Of a stretch of 64,000 nt of DNA, positions 44,835 to 53,889 are shown one piece after another. Under the pieces are notes generated by a model. It was not told the origin of the DNA, made no database searches, and saw only the letters and a list, made by a program, of their open reading frames with translations. The first letter of the stretch is position 1. The number at the start of each line of letters is the position of its first letter. A program made the position numbers and the translations under genes. This DNA comes from a virus, in IMG/VR virus record IMGVR_UViG_3300045988_144682; one strand, given 5' to 3'.

Positions 44835-45800
44835 ATGGGAAAAATTACTGAGAAATCAACAAAAGCACAGATTATGGACGCATATACTCAGGCATTAGCT
44901 GAGTTGGAGAAACTTAAAGCTATGAGCGATTCGCCGGTTGAAAATGCAAAGAAAGAGGCATTGGAAGCATCTATGCAGAATGCAGAAATAGCAGCAAGCA
45001 ATGAAGTATTTTCAGATACGATTGTAAAACAGTACAATGATCTGAAAATTGCGATTGACGAATATCAGAAAGAGTTAGAAGGACTCTACGGTATCAAAGC
45101 TGAAGCTGACGGTCTGGCAGCAGCTATCAATGCTCATAGAGCGAAAGTAGCTGAAATGAACGATGAGTATAAACAGAAGAAAGCGGATCTCGATGCAGAG
45201 CTGGCACGGAAGACAGTAGAAGTAAAAGAAAAGATTGCAGATTTGGAAAAGAGTGTTCAGAAAGCTAAGAAACAGGCTGATGAAGAAGTAAAAGAGTATA
45301 ATACCGATATCAACAAGAAACGTAATCGTGAGAAAGATGAGTATGACTACAATCTGAAGATGGATCGTAAGGCAGATGCCGACACTTGGGCAGAAGAAAA
45401 AGAAAAGCGTGAAGCAGAAATTCAGGCAAAAGATGATGCCGTAACAGAGCGTGAAGAAGCGATTGCTGCGAAAGAAGAAGAAATCCAGGCTATGAAAGCA
45501 CAGATTGAAGCATTCCCGGATAAACTGGCAGAAGCCAAAGAGGACGCAGCGAAAGAGGCAAAGGCTAAAGCGGACAAGAGTTTTGCATTTGAAAAACGTG
45601 CGTTAGAATCTGATAAAAAACATGCAGAGGAAATGGCAGATGCAAAAATCAAGAATCTGGAATCTCAGGTTGAAGCACTGACACAGAGCAATGCGGAACT
45701 TTCCAATAAACTTGATGCAGCATATGCTCAGATGAAAGACATGGCAACCGCTACTGTCCAGGCTGGCGCAACTGTAAAGGTCGTATCAAGCGACAAGTAA
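44835..45800 (+). CDS. Ala/Glu/Lys-rich coiled-coil protein
   Basis: 321-aa low-complexity heptad-rich ORF sitting between the phosphatase and the kinase. Confidence 0.6.
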   Translation: MGKITEKSTKAQIMDAYTQALAELEKLKAMSDSPVENAKKEALEASMQNAEIAASNEVFSDTIVKQYNDLKIAIDEYQKELEGLYGIKAEADGLAAAINAHRAKVAEMNDEYKQKKADLDAELARKTVEVKEKIADLEKSVQKAKKQADEEVKEYNTDINKKRNREKDEYDYNLKMDRKADADTWAEEKEKREAEIQAKDDAVTEREEAIAAKEEEIQAMKAQIEAFPDKLAEAKEDAAKEAKAKADKSFAFEKRALESDKKHAEEMADAKIKNLESQVEALTQSNAELSNKLDAAYAQMKDMATATVQAGATVKVVSSDK

Positions 45801-45823
45801 AATAAAAGAAAGCCGATAGAGAA

Positions 45824-47515
45824 ATGATTTTAAAAAGTAACATAACAAGATTGCCGGTATTAGCCGAAGGTGGAGAAGGAATTATATATGAATATGGAGA
45901 TAAGCTGATAAAGGCTTATAAATCCCATGTGAATATGCCAACCAAAGAGAAAAAGATTAAACTCTTAATGGCGAAGAATTTACCGGCAGAAGTCATTTCT
46001 CCGATTGATATTGTCTATGACAGCCGGAATAAATTTGTTGGTTACATCATGGACAAAGTAGACGGAGAAGAATTCAAGAAATTGTCAAATAAAAAATTCG
46101 TGAAAGCGAATGGAATTACAAAGAAAGAGATTCTTGCCATGCTTGACAGATTGTTTGATGTTTTGGCTGATTTGCATAAGCAGGGCATATACATTGGCGA
46201 TTTGAACGATCAGAACATTTTGTTTGATAAGCACTATAATATCTCTATCATTGACTGCGATAGTTGGTCAATTGATTCTGAGAAATGTGATGTTGCTATG
46301 GATTTATTCAAAGATCCGTTACTGGTTTCAAATAACTTTGACCAAAAAACAGATACATATGCATTCAGTGTATTGAGTTGGAAATCTCTGACACGAATTC
46401 ATCCGTTTGGTGGGACAATGCAGCCGGATATGAATATTATGGAACGTATGAAGAAAGGTATATCCGTGATAGACAATCTGGCGGTAAAGATTCCGAAAAC
46501 AATCGGATCATGGGCTGGTCTATCGCCAGAGCTTATCAGTGCGCTCAAAGCAGTTTTCGAGAATAAAAGCCGGGAACTTCACGGTGAAATTCATGAGCTA
46601 AGTTGTCATTTGAAATACTGTGATACAGATAAGGATTATTACTATGATAAATACAATGTCTGCCCAGTATGTGATAACTCTGCAAGGATCAATAGAAAGC
46701 CGATAAATCAGGGCGTACAGTCTGGATTACAGCTTGTAGAACTGTTGGTTAAATCAAGCATTAAAGCGGTTGTCGATGAGAATATGTACATTGATACCGA
46801 TGATAATGTTGTAGATATCAAGAGTGGCAAGAAATATAAGCACAAAAACTTGATAAAATATCATTTTCATTCAGATGGATATTTGATTGAGGATGATAAT
46901 AATACGATTGTCATTCACAGCGAAAAAGATTATGAGCTTGATAAAAAGTTCAAATCAAGAGTAGTTGTTGATGGGGATAAGATGTATTACATTTCAAAGC
47001 AGAACACCTTGACAGAAGTGACTATTACGAAGGATGGGAATAGCTTTAGAAATCTTTGTAAATGCAGCGATAGTTGTTATTTTGAAGTAAGCAATGGAAA
47101 GTATTTCGTTGTCAACTATTATCAGAGCAAAATAATCTTTGATATCAATGGCATAAACCACATTTATAAATATGACGGAAGGATTACAAATTATGGTATT
47201 CACTATGATGTTGCCACTGATAAGTGGTTAGTAGTCTTGGAAAATGAAACTGGAAGTTTCTTAACTCTTGTATTTAAAGGAAATGATATTCAATATGAAT
47301 GTAATGAAATTAAGTATGAGTGTTCGCTTGGAAACATGTGTATGAGTAATAACACAATCTTTTTCCCGATTGATGGAAAAATAAGAGGTTTTGCTTATGC
47401 AAAAGATATGTTTAAAGATTTTCAGTGTGGTGTTGTAAATTATGATAGCAAATTGATTAAGAGTGGCAAAAAAATCATTATCGTCAACGATGAAAATATA
47501 TATGCTCTATCATAG
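45824..47515 (+). CDS. Ser/Thr protein kinase-like protein with C-terminal beta-rich domain
   Basis: 563 aa. Gly-loop-like GGEGIIYEY, IKAYK, catalytic-loop-like LHKQGIYIGDLNDQNILF, IIDCDSW (DFG-equivalent), and a CPVC zinc knuckle. Confidence 0.7.
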   Translation: MILKSNITRLPVLAEGGEGIIYEYGDKLIKAYKSHVNMPTKEKKIKLLMAKNLPAEVISPIDIVYDSRNKFVGYIMDKVDGEEFKKLSNKKFVKANGITKKEILAMLDRLFDVLADLHKQGIYIGDLNDQNILFDKHYNISIIDCDSWSIDSEKCDVAMDLFKDPLLVSNNFDQKTDTYAFSVLSWKSLTRIHPFGGTMQPDMNIMERMKKGISVIDNLAVKIPKTIGSWAGLSPELISALKAVFENKSRELHGEIHELSCHLKYCDTDKDYYYDKYNVCPVCDNSARINRKPINQGVQSGLQLVELLVKSSIKAVVDENMYIDTDDNVVDIKSGKKYKHKNLIKYHFHSDGYLIEDDNNTIVIHSEKDYELDKKFKSRVVVDGDKMYYISKQNTLTEVTITKDGNSFRNLCKCSDSCYFEVSNGKYFVVNYYQSKIIFDINGINHIYKYDGRITNYGIHYDVATDKWLVVLENETGSFLTLVFKGNDIQYECNEIKYECSLGNMCMSNNTIFFPIDGKIRGFAYAKDMFKDFQCGVVNYDSKLIKSGKKIIIVNDENIYALS

Positions 47516-48032
47516 GGATCTTGTATTGCCGACAGAAAAATATTATGTGTATATCCACAGAAATCCTTTAACACACAAAATATTTTATGTTGGTTCTGCA
47601 AAAGGAAACCCATTGAGAGCATATGAATTTGGAAAACATAGAAATCAATCTTGGAAGAATGAGGTAATATCATTTGGAGGGACATGCAATATCATAGTTG
47701 AAATAGTACAGTATTGTGAAGATCCAATCCAGGCGCAAGAGGCTGAGTTTCAACTGATTTATAAATTGAAAAAATGTGGTGAAGCATATTGTTGTAATGA
47801 AGGAGATACGTCTTTTAAGAGAAAATATCCAAAATTACAGTACCATTTATTCATCGGAAGTACACATATAAAATTCACAAGAAAAATGGAATTATTTTCG
47901 TATTGTAAGAAAGAGTATGGTCTTAGTAGAAATATAGTGAATCTTCTGATTGAAAACGATGGTGAATACAACGGTTCACACCAACAGGCGTGTGGGCTGA
48001 AAATCATAAGAGAAGGAAAGGAACATCAATAA
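47490..48032 (+). CDS. GIY-YIG homing endonuclease
   Basis: YYVYIHRNPLTHKIFYVGSAKGNPLRAYE (GIY...YVG...R) followed by E in QEAEF. The start overlaps the kinase 3' end. Confidence 0.7.
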   Translation: MKIYMLYHRDLVLPTEKYYVYIHRNPLTHKIFYVGSAKGNPLRAYEFGKHRNQSWKNEVISFGGTCNIIVEIVQYCEDPIQAQEAEFQLIYKLKKCGEAYCCNEGDTSFKRKYPKLQYHLFIGSTHIKFTRKMELFSYCKKEYGLSRNIVNLLIENDGEYNGSHQQACGLKIIREGKEHQ

Positions 48033-48349
48033 TGGAAGAATTATTGTTAAGATTATTAAAGGAGTCACCAGAGAGCTTTGTAGGGCTTGTTCATGGATAT
48101 ATTGAAAAATATAAACCGGCAGTCTATGAAGTTGGTAAAGAAATTGTAAACGTAGCAAGAGACTATGCAAATAACACAGAGATTTGTGAAATTGCTGCAA
48201 TCAAAAAGAAAAACCAGTTTGATGCATATGTTAAAGTCGGTTTTACAGAAGAACAGGCAACTGCATTCATTCTGAGTGATAATCTGCAGCTTGTTAAGAA
48301 CATGGAAAAATTAAGTTCAAATTCTTCTGCAAAAGTTAATGCAAAGTAG
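48032..48349 (+). CDS. hypothetical protein
   Basis: ATG at 48032 overlaps the upstream stop. 105 aa. Confidence 0.5.
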   Translation: MEELLLRLLKESPESFVGLVHGYIEKYKPAVYEVGKEIVNVARDYANNTEICEIAAIKKKNQFDAYVKVGFTEEQATAFILSDNLQLVKNMEKLSSNSSAKVNAK

Positions 48350-48377
48350 TTGACAAATTTGGAAATCGTGGTACTAT
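48350..48377 (+). promoter_or_regulatory. sigA-type promoter
   Basis: TTGACA at 48350-48355, 16-nt spacer, TGgTACTAT at 48369-48377. Immediately followed by the AAACAAGCAATAATAAA motif. Confidence 0.6.
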
Positions 48378-48413
48378 AAACAAGCAATAATAAATGAAGA
48401 AAGGAATAAAGAA

Positions 48414-49034
48414 ATGGACGAAAAGAATTATTTCCAGGAATTGTACGATGTGGATGTTCGTGAGAAGACAAAACAGAAAAACGGTCTGAACTACCTGTCA
48501 TGGGCTGCAGCTTGGGCAGAAGTAAAAAAGAAATTCCCAGATGCAACATTCAAAATCTATGAACAGACAATGGATGACAAGGGGAACACAAGACCGTGGT
48601 TTGATGACGGACGTACTGGTTGGGTTAAGACTGGTGTAACGATCAATGGCATGGAATTGATTGAAGAACTTCCTATTATGGATTTTCGCAATAAATCTAT
48701 TCCAGCAGATTCTATTACATCAACGGATGCTAATAAATCTATTCAAAGATCACTCACAAAAGCGTGTGCCCGTCACGGATTGGGATTATATATCTACGAG
48801 GGAGAGGATCTTCCTGAAGAAGAAAAGAAGAAAGAAGCAAAAAAACAGGCTGAAAAATCAGAACTTGATAAAGTAAACCTTGAATGTTTCAATCTTGCAA
48901 AAGAGAAATCCAAGACTCATAACGATGCAGTGACAGAACTTTGTAAGAAGTATGTAGCTAATGGAAACCCGAAGAGAATCACAAATATTGATGATTCCAA
49001 AGCACTGTTAGAAGAGTTAAAAGCACTTAAATAA
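48414..49034 (+). CDS. Rad52-like single-strand annealing protein (Sak/DUF1071-type)
   Basis: 206 aa. KNGLNYLSWAAAWAEVKKKFPDATFKIYE. Position directly upstream of ssb. Confidence 0.6.
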   Translation: MDEKNYFQELYDVDVREKTKQKNGLNYLSWAAAWAEVKKKFPDATFKIYEQTMDDKGNTRPWFDDGRTGWVKTGVTINGMELIEELPIMDFRNKSIPADSITSTDANKSIQRSLTKACARHGLGLYIYEGEDLPEEEKKKEAKKQAEKSELDKVNLECFNLAKEKSKTHNDAVTELCKKYVANGNPKRITNIDDSKALLEELKALK

Positions 49035-49052
49035 AAAAGGAGATATTACAGA

Positions 49053-49496
49053 ATGAATAATGTAAATTTAGTAGGTCGTTTAGCAAGAGATCCAGAGGTT
49101 CGTTATTCCCAGGGCGGTAACGCAACATGTGTAGCAAGATATACGCTTGCCGTATCACGCCCATTTAAAAACGGAGAAGGTAAGCAGGAAGCAGATTTTA
49201 TTTCTTGTGTTGCATTCGGTAAAGCCGGAGAGTTTGCAGAAAAGTATCTTACAAAAGGAATGATGATCGGTGTTACTGGTAGAATTCAGACAGGAAGCTA
49301 CGATGATAAAGACGGTAAAAAAGTCTATACAACAGATGTAATCGTGGCAACTCAGGAGTTCTGTGAGAAAAAAGGAAGTACAGATAATGGGAATTCTTCT
49401 GCTGCACCTAAATCAAACAATAATAAAGGAAAGAAAACAGATGACGGTTTCATGAACATTCCAGACGATGTGGATGACGAACTTCCATTTAACTAA
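49053..49496 (+). CDS. ssb: single-stranded DNA-binding protein
   Basis: 147 aa. MNNVNLVGRLARDPEVRY...FI.CVAFGK.AE....YL.KG..I.V.GR.QTGSY, and an acidic tip DDVDDELPFN. Confidence 0.93.
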   Translation: MNNVNLVGRLARDPEVRYSQGGNATCVARYTLAVSRPFKNGEGKQEADFISCVAFGKAGEFAEKYLTKGMMIGVTGRIQTGSYDDKDGKKVYTTDVIVATQEFCEKKGSTDNGNSSAAPKSNNNKGKKTDDGFMNIPDDVDDELPFN

Positions 49497-49510
49497 GCCG
49501 GAGGATATAA

Positions 49511-50131
49511 ATGAGCGAAAATAAAGACAGGTTTGTTAGTCTTGTACGCTCAATAAACAGAGAAGGGATAAACGAATTAGTGGAATTCTTGGAAAAATCG
49601 GACTTTTACACAGCACCAGCAAGTACAAGATTCCACTGTTCAATCCCAGAAGGGTTATTGATACATAGTTTGAATGTGTATAACATGTTCGAGCAAAAAC
49701 GCAAGACAGAACCATATAAAACAGTTTTAGGCAATATTTCAGATGATTCCAGCAAAATAATCACTCTTTTCCATGATATTTGCAAGACATACATGTATGA
49801 AACTGATTATAAGAACAAGAAAATTTACAGTGAAACAGGTTCTAAGAAGGACGAAAAAGGTAGATTCGATTGGCAAGCGGTAGAGTTTTACAAAGTAAAT
49901 GATCTTGTTCCTTATGGTCACGGCGAAAAGAGCGTCATGATGCTTGAAGAGTTTATTAAATTACAACCGATTGAAAGATATGCTATCCGATGGCATATGG
50001 GGTTCACAGAGCCTAAAGAAAACTGGAACACTCTTGGTTCAGCGATTGAAAAATATCCAGTGATTTTAGCTCTCCATGAATCTGATCTGGAAGCCACATA
50101 TCTTTTAGAAAAAGATATGAAGTCAGAATAA
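49511..50131 (+). CDS. HD-domain phosphohydrolase
   Basis: 206 aa. H..(IHSL) ... LFHDICK ... GHGEKS ... W-H. Confidence 0.6.
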   Translation: MSENKDRFVSLVRSINREGINELVEFLEKSDFYTAPASTRFHCSIPEGLLIHSLNVYNMFEQKRKTEPYKTVLGNISDDSSKIITLFHDICKTYMYETDYKNKKIYSETGSKKDEKGRFDWQAVEFYKVNDLVPYGHGEKSVMMLEEFIKLQPIERYAIRWHMGFTEPKENWNTLGSAIEKYPVILALHESDLEATYLLEKDMKSE

Positions 50132-50135
50132 CAAC

Positions 50136-50167
50136 AGAGGGAGGGCAATAGCTTTCCCTCTTTTATT
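50136..50167 (+). terminator. Rho-independent terminator
   Basis: AGAGGGAGGGC-AATA-GCTTTCCCTCT: an 11-bp stem with two G:U pairs, followed by TTTTATT. Confidence 0.8.
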
Positions 50168-50185
50168 ATAGAAAGGAACTTGAAA

Positions 50186-50725
50186 ATGAAACATTATAAA
50201 TGCGGATTTTCCCACTGCGCACATGCTGATGGAAAAGTGCCAGAAAATGAAGCTGTGAAAATTGGCACACGTTACTGGCATAAAGATTGTTATGAGATAT
50301 CTGAAACAATCAAGGATATCAGAGAAACTTATCTTGATAAAATTAGCAGCTCTGTGGTTGTCAGTGCCTTAAACAAGATAATCAATAATATTGTTTTTGG
50401 TAAGAAACTGGAAAATAAAAAACTCACAAAAGCACAGTCAAATTTGGAAGCAGCAAGATATCTGCAGTTCTGTATTGACTATGCATTGGAGCATAAAATT
50501 CCAATCACACATGCGCCGGGATTATATTATCTGATTGATAACGTAAGAGTTAAAAAAGCATACGAGAAAAAGAATGAATTGGAAATGCAAAAAGAAATGA
50601 AAAAGCAAATGGATGTTGGTATCGAATCAAAGCCAGTTGATACAACGGTTAAGCCAACTACTAATTTTTCTGCTGGTGGCGGTAACTTTGGATTTGGAAA
50701 CATTCTGGGAGGCATGAATGAATAA
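50186..50725 (+). CDS. hypothetical protein with N-terminal Cys/His cluster
   Basis: ATG at 50186. HYKCGFSHCAH....YWHKDC. Its position before dnaB suggests a replication accessory role (inference). Confidence 0.5.
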   Translation: MKHYKCGFSHCAHADGKVPENEAVKIGTRYWHKDCYEISETIKDIRETYLDKISSSVVVSALNKIINNIVFGKKLENKKLTKAQSNLEAARYLQFCIDYALEHKIPITHAPGLYYLIDNVRVKKAYEKKNELEMQKEMKKQMDVGIESKPVDTTVKPTTNFSAGGGNFGFGNILGGMNE

Positions 50726-52061
50726 CGAGTTAGAAAAACTGTCTGATACACAAGCGGAAGCCGGGATTATTGCCACATTGGTTTATCATCCAGATTTTAT
50801 TTTACATTCTGATGTTCTAAAGGCAGGGTATTTCTATCATAAGGATAATGGTTGTTTATACTGGGCAATTGATGAGCTTATCAAGGCTGGTGTAGATAAT
50901 ATTGATGCATTCAACATTTCAAATATGTTACAGTCAAACAATGCTGTTAAGAAGACACTTGAAAGCGTCAATATGCCAGATATGGACGAATTCATTGAAC
51001 TTTGTAGCGATGCTGCCCGTCATACAATTGCAGAATATCAGCTCTTAGTTATCAGTGTTGTAACCCTTGCATTCAAAAGAGATTTGTATAAATTACTCAA
51101 CAAACTGCAAAAACAGACTCTTACACAAGAACTTGATTTAAACCAGCTTAACAAAATAGTATACGACAGTTTGGAAGATTTAACTGGAAGGTATATGTTT
51201 GATAGTGATTTTCAGATGTTCGGTGAAAAAGTGCCTGGACTCTGGGAAGAAGTTTGTGAGCGAAGAAATAATGATGGAACTATTGGAGTACCATCAAAAT
51301 TTCCACATCTTGCAAGATATTTTTCATACGAAAGTGGAGAGCTTGTTATGGTTTCTGGTCGTATGAAAATGGGTAAGAGTGCATTTATGCTCAATGAAGC
51401 GATGGACAAGATCCAGAGAGGAATCCCGACTATTTATTTCGACACTGAAATGAATGATAGGCTTTTCTATCTTCGTATGTTGGCTAATTTAACTGGAATA
51501 GATCAGAAGAAAATAAAGAGCGGAAATCTTTTGCCGGAAGAACAGAAGATTATTGACGATACAAATGAATGGCTCAAAAAACAGCCATTTGTACATGAGT
51601 TTATTCCAAACGCTACAAATGAGGAATTGTTTAATAAGTGCCGAATGATGAAATACAAAATGGGATTACAGTTTGTAATCTATGATTATTTCAAGAGTGC
51701 AGAAACAGACAGTAGTAATCAGTATAATGACTTAGGTGCAAAATGTGATTTTTTAAAAAACAGAATCGCCGGAGAACTGGATGTCGCTGTTTTGGCTGGT
51801 GCGCAGCTCAACCGTGAAGATAGGGTTGCTGATTCTGATAAATTGGAAAGATATGCCAGCGTGAGTGCAAAATGGAGAAAGAAAACAGCCGATGAAATGG
51901 CTAATGATGGAAAAGAATGCGGAAATTATGCATTCCATATTGCTCTTAACAGACTTGGCGAAGGAATGTTTGAGGACGAATATATAGACTTCAAATTTTC
52001 AGGGGCACAAATGAGGATTGAAGAAGCAAAACAACATGAGGAACAGCAAGTTCCATATTAG
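50718..52061 (+). CDS. dnaB: DnaB-family replicative helicase
   Basis: 447 aa. N-terminal AEAGIIATL..., Walker A SGRMKMGKSAF, and RecA-like C-terminal domain motifs. Confidence 0.85.
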   Translation: MNNELEKLSDTQAEAGIIATLVYHPDFILHSDVLKAGYFYHKDNGCLYWAIDELIKAGVDNIDAFNISNMLQSNNAVKKTLESVNMPDMDEFIELCSDAARHTIAEYQLLVISVVTLAFKRDLYKLLNKLQKQTLTQELDLNQLNKIVYDSLEDLTGRYMFDSDFQMFGEKVPGLWEEVCERRNNDGTIGVPSKFPHLARYFSYESGELVMVSGRMKMGKSAFMLNEAMDKIQRGIPTIYFDTEMNDRLFYLRMLANLTGIDQKKIKSGNLLPEEQKIIDDTNEWLKKQPFVHEFIPNATNEELFNKCRMMKYKMGLQFVIYDYFKSAETDSSNQYNDLGAKCDFLKNRIAGELDVAVLAGAQLNREDRVADSDKLERYASVSAKWRKKTADEMANDGKECGNYAFHIALNRLGEGMFEDEYIDFKFSGAQMRIEEAKQHEEQQVPY

Positions 52062-52072
52062 GAGCGAAACAC

Positions 52073-53083
52073 ATGAAAGAATACAGCGATGACCTGATCG
52101 AAGAAATAAAAGAGAATATTGACATCGTTGATTTCATCGGAGAGTATGTTGACCTTACAAGAAAAGGGAAGGAATATTTTGGGAAATGCCCATTACACGA
52201 TGAAAGAACTGGTTCGTTCAGTGTTACACCAAGTAAAAATATGTATTACTGCTTTGGTTGCAAAAAGGGTGGAGATGTAATTACTTTCTGCCAGGAACAT
52301 TTGAATATGTCATATGAGCGTGCTGTTTCATATTTGTGTGGGGTTGCTGGATTGAGTGATGAAAAGACAGAGATATCAACTACAGTTAGGTATCTCAAAA
52401 AAGCAGCCAGAAAAAAGAAAAAGCAACAACTGCCGGTAACACATCCAATTCTGGACGAAAAAATCTTAAATGATTTTGAACACCGGCGAATAACAAAATG
52501 GATTGAAGAGGGAATACCACAAAGCATCATGGAAAAATATGGTGTTCGGTATGATAAAAGAGCCAATCGTATTGTATATCCTGTATATGATAATGACGGA
52601 AATTTGATAAATGTAAAGGGGAGAACTCTTTACGATGGTTATAAAGACTTTGATCCACCGATTCCAAAATACATGAATTATTATCCTGTGGGCGATTTAG
52701 ATTACCTTCAAGGATTTTGTTTTAAGAAAGATATCATACAGCAGTACAAGGAAATCATTATTTTTGAATCACTGAAATCTGTTATGAAACTTGATAGTTA
52801 TGGTCAACCCAATTCAGTTTCATCAGAAACCAGTGAGCTTACAATTTTTCAGATAAAGACGATTATTAGTCTACATTGCGATGTGGTAATTGCTTTTGAT
52901 AATGACGTTTCACTTGAAAAAATATTAGAGAAAGAGACAATTCAGTTACTTATGAGATTTGTGAATGTGTATGTTGTGATTGATAAAAATGAATTACTGG
53001 GGAAAGTGAGTGATAAAAATTCGCCCGTAGATAAAGGGAAAGATATTTGGGATCGCCTATATCAAACTAAAATAAAGTTATGA
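52073..53083 (+). CDS. dnaG: DNA primase
   Basis: 336 aa. CHC2 zinc finger CPLHDERTGSFSV.....YYCFGCKKGGD, followed by a TOPRIM-like region. Confidence 0.88.
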   Translation: MKEYSDDLIEEIKENIDIVDFIGEYVDLTRKGKEYFGKCPLHDERTGSFSVTPSKNMYYCFGCKKGGDVITFCQEHLNMSYERAVSYLCGVAGLSDEKTEISTTVRYLKKAARKKKKQQLPVTHPILDEKILNDFEHRRITKWIEEGIPQSIMEKYGVRYDKRANRIVYPVYDNDGNLINVKGRTLYDGYKDFDPPIPKYMNYYPVGDLDYLQGFCFKKDIIQQYKEIIIFESLKSVMKLDSYGQPNSVSSETSELTIFQIKTIISLHCDVVIAFDNDVSLEKILEKETIQLLMRFVNVYVVIDKNELLGKVSDKNSPVDKGKDIWDRLYQTKIKL

Positions 53084-53091
53084 GGTAAATA

Positions 53092-53880
53092 ATGTCAGAA
53101 TATAACTTTTTGATAGATAACATGATTTGGTCTTTTAGTAGACTGAATTCATTTTGCATCTGCAAATATGAATGGTATTTGCAGTATATAGAAGAGGCAG
53201 AAGGAACAAACAACTTCTATGCGGAGTTTGGAAAGTTCTGTCACAAGATTCTTGAAATGTATGCAAAAGGTGAGCTTGGCTTATTTGAACTGTCTGACTA
53301 CTTTGTTGAACACTATGATGAAGAAGTAAAAGAGTTCGTATACCACAAAACCGCAGACATCAGAGAGAATTACAAACAGAAAGCAATTGAATATTTCGAT
53401 AACATTGATATTGATTTCAGTAAGTATGAGATTCTTGGTATCGAAAAGAAATGTGATTTTGAAATCAATGGGTATAAATTCACTGGATATATTGACTTGC
53501 TTTTAAGAGAGAAAGATACAGGAAAAATTATTCTCATTGACCATAAATCGTCAAAATATCCCTATGGGAAGAAAGGAAAGCTACTGAAATCTGAAAAGGA
53601 TAAATTTCAGCAGTACAAAAGGCAGCTATATCTCTATTCAATACAGGTATTCAATGAGTACGGTGTATTCCCAGACCGTATAGGTTGGAATTACTTTGGA
53701 GATAGAAAGTGGGATTTTCTTGATTTTAACAAAGAAGATTATGAAGAAGCTAAGAAATGGGCGATAGATACCCTGGAAGAAGTCAGAAATACAAGTGAAT
53801 TTCCACCGACTGTAGATTTCTATTACTGCCACAATCTGTGTAAATTCAGAAATTCATATTGCGAATATAAGAATTACTAG
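53092..53880 (+). CDS. PD-(D/E)XK nuclease, Cas4/RecB-like
   Basis: 262 aa. GYIDLLLRE...IILIDHKS (D...D.K) and Q..LY. One N-terminal Cys plus a C-terminal YYCHNLCKFRNSYC cluster. Confidence 0.68.
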   Translation: MSEYNFLIDNMIWSFSRLNSFCICKYEWYLQYIEEAEGTNNFYAEFGKFCHKILEMYAKGELGLFELSDYFVEHYDEEVKEFVYHKTADIRENYKQKAIEYFDNIDIDFSKYEILGIEKKCDFEINGYKFTGYIDLLLREKDTGKIILIDHKSSKYPYGKKGKLLKSEKDKFQQYKRQLYLYSIQVFNEYGVFPDRIGWNYFGDRKWDFLDFNKEDYEEAKKWAIDTLEEVRNTSEFPPTVDFYYCHNLCKFRNSYCEYKNY

Positions 53881-53889
53881 GAGGTAGGT

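Noticed and set aside
49412-49431. Copies of the intergenic motif inside ssb (49412-49431) and the WGR gene (60309-60330) as functional internal promoters
   Set aside because: Both fall in Asn/Lys-rich coding stretches (AAC AAT AAT AAA) where the motif can arise from codon composition. They are noted in the motif finding but not called as features.
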